Shown one piece after another: positions 53,105 through 63,082 of a DNA stretch of 64,000 bases. The stretch lies in assembly GCA_045579445.1 (NCBI GenBank), contig JAZNME010000037.1:24099-88098 (forward strand), written 5' to 3'. Source of the stretch: Acutalibacteraceae bacterium. Its GTDB lineage: Bacteria > Bacillota > Clostridia > Oscillospirales > Acutalibacteraceae. Each line of letters starts with the position of its first letter. The stretch's first letter is position 1. A program made the position numbers and the translations under genes. Below the pieces are notes generated by a model. It was not told the DNA's origin and did no database searches. It saw only the letters and a list, made by a program, of their open reading frames with translations.

Positions 53105-54063
53105 TTAAATATTCTGTTATCGGTACTTCCTGGATAACAAAATCCTTTATTGAAGGGGCAAACCTTTGCGACGAGCTGATTTTAGACGGGGTTTATTCCC
53201 GTTCAGTTTCAAAGGGTAGTGTATTTTCAGAGGAAACAGGTGCAAAAAGAGTTTTTTCTTCCTTTGAAGAATTACTTAAAAGTGATACAGACCTTGTGTA
53301 TGTTGCTTCGCCAAATGTGTGCCATTACAGTCAGTGCAAGGCTCTTTTAGAAAACGGAAAGCATATAATTTGCGAGAAGCCTGTAACAATCACAGCAGAA
53401 GAATTTTCAGAGCTTGTGTCATTGGCGAGGAAGAAAAACCTTGTATACTTTGAAGCTATTATGTATATGCATTCGCCAGCCAGAAGGATTTTAAAAGAAG
53501 CGGTAGAAAGCATAGGCAACATAAGAAGCGCAAGCTTTGATTTTTCTCAGCTGTCATCAAAATACAAGGCTCTTGTAAATGGTGAATTACCAAATATTTT
53601 TAACCCTGAAATGAAAACGGGAGCCCTTAACGATTTAGGTATATATTGCGTTTACCCTGCAATTGATTTGTTTGGCGAGCCTGAGGAGATTATTCCTGTT
53701 CAGCATTTCCTTTCAACAGGTGCAGACGGTTGCGGTTCTGCAGTTTTCAAGTATAGCGATAAGCTTATTACAATAACATATTCAAAAATCGGACAGAGCA
53801 GAGGCGTTTCTCAGATTTTTGGCGATCTGGGTACTGTTACAATAGGCAGTATTTCTCAGACAGATAACATATATTTATACAACAACGACGGTGAGAAAAC
53901 AGAGCTTGTTCCTGATATTGATAAAAAATATCATATGGGTAACGAGGCGAAAAATGCCGTCCAATTCATTAAAAATCCCCAAAGTGAGCCTTTAAAAGAG
54001 TGTCAGGAAATGAACTTGAAGGTTCTCAGGGCTATGGAAAAAATGAGGGTAGAAAATGCTTGA
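53101..54063 (+). CDS. Gfo/Idh/MocA family oxidoreductase
   Basis: The start overlaps the GH20 stop (ATGA). ..YSVIGTSWIT.. Rossmann-like N-terminus and an EKP motif (..ICEKPVT..). Confidence 0.7.
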   Translation: MIKYSVIGTSWITKSFIEGANLCDELILDGVYSRSVSKGSVFSEETGAKRVFSSFEELLKSDTDLVYVASPNVCHYSQCKALLENGKHIICEKPVTITAEEFSELVSLARKKNLVYFEAIMYMHSPARRILKEAVESIGNIRSASFDFSQLSSKYKALVNGELPNIFNPEMKTGALNDLGIYCVYPAIDLFGEPEEIIPVQHFLSTGADGCGSAVFKYSDKLITITYSKIGQSRGVSQIFGDLGTVTIGSISQTDNIYLYNNDGEKTELVPDIDKKYHMGNEAKNAVQFIKNPQSEPLKECQEMNLKVLRAMEKMRVENA

Positions 54064-54712
54064 AAAAGAGCTCAGAGAGTTCCTTCTCTCAAAAGGTGTA
54101 AGTGATGTTGGTTATTCCTATATTACTGATAGCGATACAGGTGAGCTGAAATATGCAGTAAGCCTTGTTGTGCGCCTTTCAGATGCTATTATTGATGAGA
54201 TTACAGATGAGCCGACTGCAACATATTTTAATCATTACAGAAGTGTCAATGCTTTTATTGACCGCTGTCTTCTTGATGCAGGGCTTTTCCTTCAGGAGAG
54301 AGGATATAAATATATAACAGTTGCCGCCTCTCAGAGTATGCCGGGTACACATTATAACGGGCGCTACAGCCATAAAAAAGCGGCGCGCCTTGCAGGTCTT
54401 GGCGGAATAGGTAAAAACTCGCTTTTCATTCACAAAAAGTATGGCACAAGAGTGCGTTTAGGTACACTTTTTACTGATTGCGAATTAACGGGTGAGGGAG
54501 AATTAAAAGAAAATCTGTGCCTTGGCTGCGATAAATGCGTAAAGGCTTGTCCATCAGGCGCAATAAGCGGAAAAGAATTTACAGTAGGCGTGGAAAGAGA
54601 AGATATTTTTAATCCTCAGCTTTGCAGCGATTATATGAAAAAACAGTTTCATCATATCGGCAGAGGCGTAGTCTGCGGTATATGTATGAAGGTTTGTCCC
54701 TACAATAAATAA
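54056..54712 (+). CDS. 4Fe-4S dicluster protein, QueG/reductive-dehalogenase-related but short (218 aa)
   Basis: ..SHKKAARLAGLGGIGKNSLFI..G.RVRLGTLFTD.. resembles the QueG core. Cys clusters CLGCDKCVKACP and CGICMKVCP. 8-nt overlap with the upstream gene. Confidence 0.6.
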   Translation: MLEKELREFLLSKGVSDVGYSYITDSDTGELKYAVSLVVRLSDAIIDEITDEPTATYFNHYRSVNAFIDRCLLDAGLFLQERGYKYITVAASQSMPGTHYNGRYSHKKAARLAGLGGIGKNSLFIHKKYGTRVRLGTLFTDCELTGEGELKENLCLGCDKCVKACPSGAISGKEFTVGVEREDIFNPQLCSDYMKKQFHHIGRGVVCGICMKVCPYNK

Positions 54713-54731
54713 TATGAATTGAGGTGATTTT

Positions 54732-55421
54732 GTGGCAAAAATTCTTATAGCAGATGATGAACAGTTAATAAGAAAACTAATATCAGACTGTCTTACTAAA
54801 GAGGGGCATCAGGTTTTAGAAGCGGAAGACGGTTTGCAGGGCTTATCTCTTTTCAGAAGCAACAAGGATATAAATCTTTGCATACTTGATATTATGATGC
54901 CTGAAATAGACGGATGGGAGCTTTGCCGCAAAATCAGAGAAACAAGCGGTATTCCCATAATGCTTGTGTCTGCAAGAAGTCAGGATTTTGACCAGATAAT
55001 GGGCTTTGAAAGTGGTGCAGACGATTATGTAACAAAACCGTTCTCTCTTGCGGTGCTCAGCAAAAGAGTAAACACTCTTCTTCAGCGAGGTGCTGTGCAA
55101 AGTCCTACAAAATCTGAGGTTTCAAGGATAATTGTTGTTGATGGGCTTACTATTGATGAAATTTCTTATGAGGTTATTTATAACAACAAGAAAATTGATT
55201 TGACGGCAAGAGAATTTGAAATACTTAAAACCTTAGCCAAAAATTCAGGCAGAGTTTATTCAAGAGATAATATTGTAAAGCTTATCTGGGGCGAGGATTT
55301 TGAAGGTATGGCGCGAACTGTTGATTCCCATATTGCAAGAATCCGCACAAAGTTAGGCGAGTGGGGAGCAAGCCACCTTGTTACAGTTTATGGTACAGGG
55401 TACAAATTAGATGTTAAATAA
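54732..55421 (+). CDS. OmpR/PhoB-family response regulator
   Basis: GTG start with GAGGTGA SD. Receiver ..ILIADDE..DIMMPEIDG.. and a winged-helix C-terminus ..LTAREFEILKTLA..VDSHIARIRTKL... Confidence 0.85.
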   Translation: MAKILIADDEQLIRKLISDCLTKEGHQVLEAEDGLQGLSLFRSNKDINLCILDIMMPEIDGWELCRKIRETSGIPIMLVSARSQDFDQIMGFESGADDYVTKPFSLAVLSKRVNTLLQRGAVQSPTKSEVSRIIVVDGLTIDEISYEVIYNNKKIDLTAREFEILKTLAKNSGRVYSRDNIVKLIWGEDFEGMARTVDSHIARIRTKLGEWGASHLVTVYGTGYKLDVK

Positions 55422-55473
55422 TTTCTTGAGTAAATATGTAAATGGTTATGAATAAAAAAAGGAGGCGGGCTGA

Positions 55474-56910
55474 ATGAAAAAACGAAAAATAGGTATCAGA
55501 ACAAGGTTTTTCCTCGAGGTTGGTGCTATTATTGCCGCATGCCTTATAGGTATTGCTTTCGTTAACTCCCAGCTTCTTGAAGGCGTTTATATATGGAATA
55601 TGGAGCGCACTTTTGCAGATATCGCAAATCGCACAGAGCGTGAAGGTGAAAATTATTTTGCTTATCTATCTGAAATTGAAGCAACGCAGAACGTAAGTAT
55701 AGATTTATATGATGCAACCGATAATTATCTGTATGAGGGAAAAAGCTCCTATCTTTCTGGTAGTAAAATAAATGTTATAAGCCGTAAAACAAATGATGAC
55801 GGCAGCTATTTCAATGTAGTATGCGCAGAAGGAAGTACTACCCAGTATATTCTTTATGGTAAAAGCTTTGAAAATAATTATCACATAGAAATTTCAACGG
55901 AAATAAACCCGATTCAGGAAAATGCATCTCTTGCAACTACAGTAACTACTGCAATTACTGTGCTTGCTCTGGGTCTCGCTCTTGTTTTTATTTATGATTA
56001 TTCAAGGCGTTTCACAAAACCTCTTATTCAGATGAATGATGTTATGCAGAAAATTGCAACTCTTGATTTCTCTGCTAAAACGCATATTGACAGAAAAGAC
56101 GAAATCGGTACTCTCGCAAATAATATCAATACTGTTTCCGATTCTCTTGATTCTGCGCTGACAGAACTTCGTGAAAAGAACGCTCAGCTTCAGGCAGATA
56201 TTGAAAAAGAGCGTCAGCTTGAAAGAATGAGGCAGGATTTTGTTTCTTCCGCATCTCACGAATTAAAAACTCCTATTGCAATTGTACGAGGCTATGCAGA
56301 AGGCTTGAAAATGAATATGGATGAAAGTGATGAAGCGTCCGCAGAATATTGCGATATTATAATCAGGGAAGCAGATAAAATGAACGACCTTGTTATTAAT
56401 ATGTTGGAGCAATCCCTCTATTCAACAGGAACAAAGCTTCCTGAAAAAGATGATTTTGATGTTAAGGAATATATTAAAGAGTTTTTGAAATCTGCTTCTC
56501 CGATTTTTAAAGAAAAGGGTATAACAGTTGAAGCTCAGACAGAGAGCATATCTGTTTTCGGAGATAAAAAACAGCTTACAACAGTGCTTTCTAATATTGT
56601 TCTGAATGCCTGTAGCCACGCTTCAGGAGAAAAGATTATCAGAATTTCAACTGAGGATTACGATGATAAAGTCAGGGTTAATGTCTTTAATACAGGTAGC
56701 TTTATTGCCGATAAGGATAAAGACAGTATTTTCACTTCCTTTTACAGAGCGGATAAAGCCCATTCCCGTAAGGAAGGTCGTTTTGGGTTAGGGCTTTCAA
56801 TAGTAAAATCTATAGTAACTAACCATGGTTGTGATTGTGGTTTTCAAAATGAAGATAATGGTGTAACCTTCTGGTTCACTGTGGAAAAGAGTAAACAGTA
56901 TGAAAATTGA
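55474..56910 (+). CDS. Sensor histidine kinase (2 TM, HAMP, HisKA, HATPase_c)
   Basis: H-box ..FVSSASHELKTPIA.., N-box ..LSNIVLNACSH.., G-box ..GLGLSIVK... Confidence 0.85.
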   Translation: MKKRKIGIRTRFFLEVGAIIAACLIGIAFVNSQLLEGVYIWNMERTFADIANRTEREGENYFAYLSEIEATQNVSIDLYDATDNYLYEGKSSYLSGSKINVISRKTNDDGSYFNVVCAEGSTTQYILYGKSFENNYHIEISTEINPIQENASLATTVTTAITVLALGLALVFIYDYSRRFTKPLIQMNDVMQKIATLDFSAKTHIDRKDEIGTLANNINTVSDSLDSALTELREKNAQLQADIEKERQLERMRQDFVSSASHELKTPIAIVRGYAEGLKMNMDESDEASAEYCDIIIREADKMNDLVINMLEQSLYSTGTKLPEKDDFDVKEYIKEFLKSASPIFKEKGITVEAQTESISVFGDKKQLTTVLSNIVLNACSHASGEKIIRISTEDYDDKVRVNVFNTGSFIADKDKDSIFTSFYRADKAHSRKEGRFGLGLSIVKSIVTNHGCDCGFQNEDNGVTFWFTVEKSKQYEN

Positions 56911-58015
56911 TTTTTGTATACCAAGCCTTTTAGGCGTTGAAGGTCTTATTGCTGATGAGCTTCGCTTCTTAGGAGCAGAGAATGTTGCGGCAGAAAACGG
57001 AAGAATCTTGTTTTCAGGTGATGAGAATATGCTTGCCCGCGTTAATATCTGTTCCCACTTTGCAGAAAGAGTACAGATTCTTATGGGTAGCTTTGAAGCT
57101 AAAACCTTTGAGGAGCTTTTTCAGGGTGTTAAGGATTTACCTTGGGAACAGTGGATTGGTAAGGAAGATGCTTTCCCTGTTAAAGGCTATTCACTGAAAT
57201 CTCAGCTTTTCAGCGTAAGCGACTGTCAGGCTATTATTAAAAAAGCAGTTGTTGAAAGGCTTAAATCTAAATACGGTGTTTCATGGTTTACTGAAACAGG
57301 ACCTGTTCATCAGATTCAATTCTCTATTATGAACGACAAGGCAACGCTTCTTATAGATACGACAGGTGCAGGTCTTCATAAGCGTGGCTACCGCCTTTCC
57401 CAGAACGGCGCACCAATGAAGGAAACTCTCGCAGCCGCTCTTTGCGCTCTTGCCAAGGTAAGGCATTACCACACCCTTTATGACCCGATGTGTGGTAGCG
57501 GAACTCTTCTTTTAGAAGGCGCTTTGTATGCACATAATATTGCTCCCGGTCTTAACAGGCATTTTGCCGCAGAGCGTTTTGAGGTTCTTCCTAAAAACAT
57601 ATGGGCAGAGGAAAAAGAAAGAGCAAGGAGTCTTGAAAAGGTTGATACGGATTTTCAGGGCTTTGGCTCCGATATTGACCCTATGGCAATAAAGATTGCA
57701 ACCGAAAACGCTGCAAGACTTCCTATAGGCAAAAAGCTTCATTTTGAAAAGCGCGATATTAAAGATTTCAAGCGCTACAGTGAGCGAGGTACAGTTATCT
57801 GCAATCCGCCATATGGTGAAAGACTTCTCGATTTACAGGAAGCTGAAGAAATTTACAAGCAGATGGGTAAAGTGTTTACTCAGCAGCATGGCTGGAGCTA
57901 CTATGTAATAACTCCTGACGAAGAGTTTGAGAACTGTTTTGGAAGAAAAGCGGATAAGAGCAGAAAGCTCTACAATGGTATGATTAAATGCCGTTACTAT
58001 ATGTTTTTTAAATGA
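56900..58015 (+). CDS. THUMP-domain class I SAM-dependent RNA methyltransferase (RlmL/YpsC-like)
   Basis: ..DPMCGSGTLLLEGA.. SAM motif and ..VICNPPYGERL.. catalytic NPPY. The start overlaps the HK stop by 11 nt. Confidence 0.75.
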   Translation: MKIDFCIPSLLGVEGLIADELRFLGAENVAAENGRILFSGDENMLARVNICSHFAERVQILMGSFEAKTFEELFQGVKDLPWEQWIGKEDAFPVKGYSLKSQLFSVSDCQAIIKKAVVERLKSKYGVSWFTETGPVHQIQFSIMNDKATLLIDTTGAGLHKRGYRLSQNGAPMKETLAAALCALAKVRHYHTLYDPMCGSGTLLLEGALYAHNIAPGLNRHFAAERFEVLPKNIWAEEKERARSLEKVDTDFQGFGSDIDPMAIKIATENAARLPIGKKLHFEKRDIKDFKRYSERGTVICNPPYGERLLDLQEAEEIYKQMGKVFTQQHGWSYYVITPDEEFENCFGRKADKSRKLYNGMIKCRYYMFFK

Positions 58016-58025
58016 GGTATTATAA

Positions 58026-58961
58026 ATGAAACATCTATTCATAATTAACCCGAATTGCGGCAAAGGTATTTCTTTTGAACGTTGTTCAGACGGAATTAAA
58101 GAAGCTGTAAAAGAGCTTAACGTTGAGGATTACGAAATCTACGTAACCAAAGGCGCTAACGATGGCTATAATTACGCAAAAGCTCAGGTGGATAAGGGCG
58201 AGCCAATCCGCGTTTACGCTTGCGGTGGCGACGGCACCTTGTGGGAAATTGTTAATGCCTGCGCTTGTAAGCCAAATGCTCAGGTAGCCGCATTCCCTTT
58301 GGGTAGCGGTAATGATTTCATACGAATTTTCGGTGATAAAAAGCATTTAAGAGATGTTAAAGACCACATTAATGGTACAGTTATGCAGTTTGACCTTATA
58401 AAATGTGGTGATGAATATGCCATAAATCAATGCTCAATGGGTATTGATGCGGAGGTTTGCGCCCGTCAGGCAAGCCTTAAAAAGCTTCCGTTTATTAAAG
58501 GTGATGCGGCATACACTTTAGGAGTGCTTCTTCAGTTCTTTAAAGAAATGAAAAAGACCTTTGAAATTAAAATTGACGATGAAAAAGAATTTACTGCAGA
58601 TGTGCTTTTCTGCCTTGCGGCAAACTCCCGTTGGTATGGTGGCGGATATTTTGCAGCACCAAAGGCGCTTACTTATGATGGTGAGCTGGATTTCGTTATT
58701 GTTAAAAAGGATGTGCTCAGACCTGCGCTTTTACCTCTTATTGATAAATATAAAAAAGGTCAGCATCTTAGTTGGGACAGAACAATTTTCAAGAGAGGCA
58801 AAAAAATTACCATAAGATCAGAAAAGGATGCCGCAGTGAACATTGACGGCGAAGTTCGTTTTGGTAAGGAAATTACCTTCGAAATTGTAGAAAAGGGTAT
58901 AAACTTTGTTGTGCCTGCTTGCTCAGACTTTATGGAACGAGTAGAAAAAGGAACAGTATAA
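58026..58961 (+). CDS. Diacylglycerol/lipid kinase family protein (YegS/DagK/BmrU family)
   Basis: ..LFIINPNCGKG.., ..VYACGGDGTLWEIVN.., ..PLGSGNDF.. motifs. Confidence 0.8.
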   Translation: MKHLFIINPNCGKGISFERCSDGIKEAVKELNVEDYEIYVTKGANDGYNYAKAQVDKGEPIRVYACGGDGTLWEIVNACACKPNAQVAAFPLGSGNDFIRIFGDKKHLRDVKDHINGTVMQFDLIKCGDEYAINQCSMGIDAEVCARQASLKKLPFIKGDAAYTLGVLLQFFKEMKKTFEIKIDDEKEFTADVLFCLAANSRWYGGGYFAAPKALTYDGELDFVIVKKDVLRPALLPLIDKYKKGQHLSWDRTIFKRGKKITIRSEKDAAVNIDGEVRFGKEITFEIVEKGINFVVPACSDFMERVEKGTV

Positions 58962-58974
58962 AAAAACAACATAA

Positions 58975-59009
58975 AAACGAGGTATCTTCTGCTTGAAGAT
59001 ACCTCGTTT
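58975..59009. terminator. Bidirectional intrinsic terminator
   Basis: AAACGAGGTATCTTC-TGCTT-GAAGATACCTCGTTT, a 15-bp stem. Confidence 0.8.
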
Positions 59010-59025
59010 AACATTGTTATGTTTT

Positions 59026-60558
59026 TTAGTTTGAAGCTGTCTGTGCTTCTGTTTCGTGCTTTGCGCGAAGGTCTGCATAAATTGGTTCCATTTTTTCTTT
59101 GGTAAGAGGGTAACCGAATCTGAAAATAAGCCATACGCTTGTATAAACAATAGCAGGGATTATTGTACAGATAAACATAATCTTCTTACTTGTATCGTTT
59201 TCGGCGATGAAACCATTACCTGCAGTAAGGCTGTCGTACTTTGCCCATTCAAGAAGGAAAAGTCCGCCTGCGTCTGCAACCGCCTGACCAAATTGTCTGC
59301 CGAATGTGTATGCAGAATAAACTGCACTTTCGTTTCTTACGCCTGTTATGTGTTCCTGATAGTCAATAACGTCCATAACAACTGCCCAGCAGGTAAGGCT
59401 TACGAAGGTGTAGCCAAAACCGATAAGGAGAAGGCAGGTCATATAAAGCCATGCAGGGTAAATTCCTTGGCTTGGGTTAATCCACTGAATAAAGCTTTCG
59501 CTGTTTGCGGTTACGAAAAGGAATACAGATGTTATTGCGGAAATAATAGACATTCGTCCGCAAAGCTCTTTTTTACCGAATCTTGCCGCCAGCTTTGGCG
59601 TGAACAGAATCAGTACCGCCATAGGAAGATAAGTACAGATTGTACCTACTATGCTAAGACCTGTGTTTGTAAAGTAGTTCTTGTAAAGATATGAGTTAAA
59701 TGAACCAAACTGAAGCTGACCGCTGATAAGAACACCTGAAAGGGTGAGCATAACGAAAGGTCTTGACTTGAAGAGACCCTTGTAAACAGATTTAAGGTTT
59801 GATTCCTTTTCTTCAAAAGACGGAACACGCTCTTTGACCATTCTGTGGCCGATAAGGTAAGTTGCAACAGATAAAGCGCCCATAATAAGAGCATATATAA
59901 ACATTCTGTTACCGTCTGCAATTTCGATTTCCTTACCTGTCTGCTCGTCGAACTTACCGGTGCCAACGAAGATAATCATTGGTGCAATAAGAAGAACAAC
60001 TGCGCCGCCAACGCCTGAACCAACTGAACGAGCAGTTGAAAGAAGTGTTCTGCCCTTAGGGTCATCGGTAATAACAGAAGCAAGAGAGCCGAAAGGAATG
60101 TTCATAGCCGTATACATTGTGCAATAAATAAGATATAACACAATGGAAAGACCGAAAAGAAGCATAGGCTTTCCTGCTAATGTGGGGTTATAGAAAATTG
60201 AGTTAGGGTCGCCAAAAGGAATAAAGCAGACAACAGTTGAAATTCCTAAAGGCACAGCAACAAGGCGGAGATACTGGCGGTATTTACCATCCTTACCCGG
60301 CTTTCTTTTTGAAACAACAGCACCCCAGAGAGGGTCGTTGATTACGTCCCAGAGACGAGTGATAATAAACATATAACCAACAAGCCTTGGCGCTATCTTC
60401 AAAACGTCGGTCATGAAAATCTTAAGGTAGCTTGTTATATATGTAAGGTTAAACATATTACCTGATTCGGCAATAGTGTAACCGGCTATATCCTTAAAGC
60501 CTATTTTGTTAGGATGATTGTTAACCTCTTTTTCTTTTTTTATCTTTTCTTTAGCCAA
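59026..60558 (-). CDS. Glycoside-pentoside-hexuronide (GPH):cation symporter family MFS transporter
   Basis: About 12 TM helices with the N-terminal ..FKDIAGYTIAESGNMFNL..D.L...P..VG..F...R.WD.INDP.. GPH signature. The start is uncertain: TTG 60558 (AAGGGAG SD 8 nt upstream) avoids the overlap with sdaA that the ORF-track start at 60597 creates. Confidence 0.75.
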   Translation of the reverse strand: MAKEKIKKEKEVNNHPNKIGFKDIAGYTIAESGNMFNLTYITSYLKIFMTDVLKIAPRLVGYMFIITRLWDVINDPLWGAVVSKRKPGKDGKYRQYLRLVAVPLGISTVVCFIPFGDPNSIFYNPTLAGKPMLLFGLSIVLYLIYCTMYTAMNIPFGSLASVITDDPKGRTLLSTARSVGSGVGGAVVLLIAPMIIFVGTGKFDEQTGKEIEIADGNRMFIYALIMGALSVATYLIGHRMVKERVPSFEEKESNLKSVYKGLFKSRPFVMLTLSGVLISGQLQFGSFNSYLYKNYFTNTGLSIVGTICTYLPMAVLILFTPKLAARFGKKELCGRMSIISAITSVFLFVTANSESFIQWINPSQGIYPAWLYMTCLLLIGFGYTFVSLTCWAVVMDVIDYQEHITGVRNESAVYSAYTFGRQFGQAVADAGGLFLLEWAKYDSLTAGNGFIAENDTSKKIMFICTIIPAIVYTSVWLIFRFGYPLTKEKMEPIYADLRAKHETEAQTASN

Positions 60559-60574
60559 GAAAACAACTCCCTTC

Positions 60575-61774
60575 TTATGCTTCATAGTGAAGGGCAAGAC
60601 CGCCCTCGCTTGTTTCTCTGTATTTATGCATTAAGTCTTTACCTGTCTGATACATTGTGTTAACAACTGTATCAAATTTGACCTTACGTGTAGATGTTAG
60701 GAAGTTTGCAAGTGAAAGGGCGTTTATTGCGCGCATTGCAGCAACTGCGTTTCTTTCAATGCAAGGGATTTGAACAAGACCGCAAACAGGGTCGCAGGTA
60801 AGACCTAAATAATGCTCCATAGCATTTTCTGCAGCGTATTCTATCTGGTCTAAATCCATAAAATGAAGCTCTGCAAGAGCTGCCGCCGCCATACAACAAG
60901 CAGTACCAATCTCTGCCTGACAACCTGCTTCCGCACCGCTTATAGATGCATTTTGCTTAACAACGTTGCCTATAACACCTGCTGCTGCAAGAGCTTTGCA
61001 GATTTCAAAATCGGTAAAGCCTTTTTTCTCCTGCATATAGTAAAGAACAGCAGGGAGAACGCCTGAAGCTCCGCAGGTTGGCGCAGTTGTTATCATTCCG
61101 CCACCGGCATTCTGCTCGCTTGCCGCAAAAGCATAGGCGCAAACCAAGCGGTTTTCGCGTGTTTCGGGAGTTTCGTCCATATGGCGTTGAGCATAAAGAT
61201 ATTTTGCTTTTCTTTCTACCTCTAAGCCACCCGGGAGAGTGCCCTCCTGAGCGAGACCTTCACGGACTGTAAGCTTCATTCTTTCCCATATTGTTTTAAG
61301 GAATGGGAAAATCTCTTCGCCCTCGTATTTTGCAACATAATCGCTTAACTTAAGGTGATTCATTAAGCAGTAGTCTTTTATTTCCTCGAAATTCTTCTGC
61401 GGGTAAACCTCAGGAGCTGTAACAGAGGGTTGACCTTCTATACGGATTTCTCCACCACCAATACTCATGGCTCTGATTTTATCAATTTCATTGCCGTCTT
61501 TATCATAGACAATAAAATCAAGAGTGTTAGGGTGCGGTAAATCCTGAAGCTCTGTATTGAAAACGATTTCGTTTCGTGCTTTAAGTGTTGATGAAAGAGC
61601 GGTGTGAGTGCCGTGGCCTTCACCTGTTAAAGCAAGTGAGCCGTAAAGAATTACCTTAACAAAATCTGCATCAGGGTATTTTTCGTTAACATACTCTGCA
61701 GCATACTGAGGACCCATTGTGTGTGAGCTTGAGGGACCAATGCCGATTTTATAAAGCTTCTTTAAGGATTGCAT
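60575..61774 (-). CDS. sdaA: L-serine ammonia-lyase (iron-sulfur dependent), single-chain beta-alpha form
   Basis: N-terminal ..LYKIGIGPSSSHTMGP.. and ..TTAPTCGASGVLPAV.. motifs. GGGAGGAGG SD embedded in the 3' end of mnmA. Confidence 0.8.
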   Translation of the reverse strand: MQSLKKLYKIGIGPSSSHTMGPQYAAEYVNEKYPDADFVKVILYGSLALTGEGHGTHTALSSTLKARNEIVFNTELQDLPHPNTLDFIVYDKDGNEIDKIRAMSIGGGEIRIEGQPSVTAPEVYPQKNFEEIKDYCLMNHLKLSDYVAKYEGEEIFPFLKTIWERMKLTVREGLAQEGTLPGGLEVERKAKYLYAQRHMDETPETRENRLVCAYAFAASEQNAGGGMITTAPTCGASGVLPAVLYYMQEKKGFTDFEICKALAAAGVIGNVVKQNASISGAEAGCQAEIGTACCMAAAALAELHFMDLDQIEYAAENAMEHYLGLTCDPVCGLVQIPCIERNAVAAMRAINALSLANFLTSTRKVKFDTVVNTMYQTGKDLMHKYRETSEGGLALHYEA

Positions 61775-62793
61775 ATTGTGCCTCCTCCCAGTAAAACATC
61801 GTCTTTGTAAATTGCCGCTGTCTGACCCGGTGCCGCCGCTCTTTGCGGTTGAGTGAATGTGATTCGGGCACCGTTTTCAGTCAGAGTTAATGTGGCATCT
61901 GCAGGGCGCGCCGCGCATCTTATTTTTATCTGACAAGGAAAACTTTCTGATGGAGCTTTGCCTGCAACGAAATTGATGTCTTTAATATAAATTGTTGTTT
62001 TGAATAGCTCTTCGTTATCTCCGATTGTAACTGAATTGTTTTCAGGGTTTATGGAGATAACATACATAGGCTTACCGAAAGCGCCCAAGCCCTTTCTTTG
62101 ACCTATTGTATATTTATATAATCCTGAATGTGTGCCCAGCTTTTCTCCTTTTGTTGATAAGAAATCACCGGGGATAGCATCAGGGTTAAATTCTTTTTCA
62201 ATAAATGAAATATAGTCGTTGTCAGGAATAAAGCAGACCTCCTGACTGTCTTTTTTATGAGCTACAGGGATGTTATATTTTTCTACAAGAGCACGTGTTT
62301 CGTCTTTTGAGTAAGTGCTTAAAGGAAACTTTATGTGTGAAAGAATATGTTGGTTAAGTCCGCAAAGAAAATAGCTCTGGTCTTTTGAGGAAGGGTTGCG
62401 CTTTATATAGTAAATCCCATCTTCATTTACTATATCTGAGTAATGACCTGTTGCAAGAAACTGGGCGCCATTGTTTATAGCGTACTCGACTAATTTACCG
62501 AATTTTATTGTGGGATTGCAAAGAACACAAGGATTTGGAGTAAGACCCTGCATATATGCTTTGCAAAAATAATCGGTAATTGATTTAAAGCTTTTTCTTT
62601 CGTCAAGAATATCAAGAGGGATTCCCAGCGCGTCTGCAACAGCTTGAGCGTCGTGTATGTCATCGTCTGCAAGGTTATCGGGCTTCAGGCGCAGAATAAC
62701 GCCACGGACATCATACCCGCGCTCTTTTAAAATTATTGCCGCTGCGGTTGAATCAACACCGCCGCTTAATGCTACATAAACAAATTTACTCAT
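61762..62793 (-). CDS. mnmA: tRNA 2-thiouridine(34) synthase
   Basis: I placed the start at ATG 62793: MSKFVYVALSGGVDSTAAA PP-loop. ..CNPTIKFG.., ..ATGHY.., ..KDQSYFL.. motifs. Confidence 0.9.
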   Translation of the reverse strand: MSKFVYVALSGGVDSTAAAIILKERGYDVRGVILRLKPDNLADDDIHDAQAVADALGIPLDILDERKSFKSITDYFCKAYMQGLTPNPCVLCNPTIKFGKLVEYAINNGAQFLATGHYSDIVNEDGIYYIKRNPSSKDQSYFLCGLNQHILSHIKFPLSTYSKDETRALVEKYNIPVAHKKDSQEVCFIPDNDYISFIEKEFNPDAIPGDFLSTKGEKLGTHSGLYKYTIGQRKGLGAFGKPMYVISINPENNSVTIGDNEELFKTTIYIKDINFVAGKAPSESFPCQIKIRCAARPADATLTLTENGARITFTQPQRAAAPGQTAAIYKDDVLLGGGTICNP

Positions 62794-63082
62794 ATTAGAA
62801 TGATACCACACAAAGAGCAAAAAATCAAACATATATAGTATTAATATACAACAAAAATACTCGTCAAAATTCGTCTTAAAATACAAAAATAAACTTGCTT
62901 TTTTATGGTAAAAGTAGTAATATATTGTTATTACGATATATTCGGGGTATGTGTGCTATTTTTTACTAAGAAAACGCAATATGCAGATTTGCACACAGTC
63001 AGATGGGGCTGATTCCCTTATATATCAACAGTTTGTAGATATGGAAAACTCTTTTAAATGAGATACGGAAGGAAGGATTTTT

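Noticed and set aside
56900-56910. The 11-nt overlap between the histidine kinase stop and the THUMP methyltransferase start, considered as a sign of a functional link.
   Set aside because: Short overlaps are common in this compact genome. The methyltransferase and the DAG-kinase-family gene are housekeeping genes, and nothing else supports a functional link.
60575-61774. The single-chain 399-aa L-serine dehydratase, considered as an unusual fusion in a Firmicute, where separate alpha and beta subunits are common.
   Set aside because: Fused beta-alpha forms are known in many bacteria. The sequence carries both standard motifs and nothing else is anomalous.
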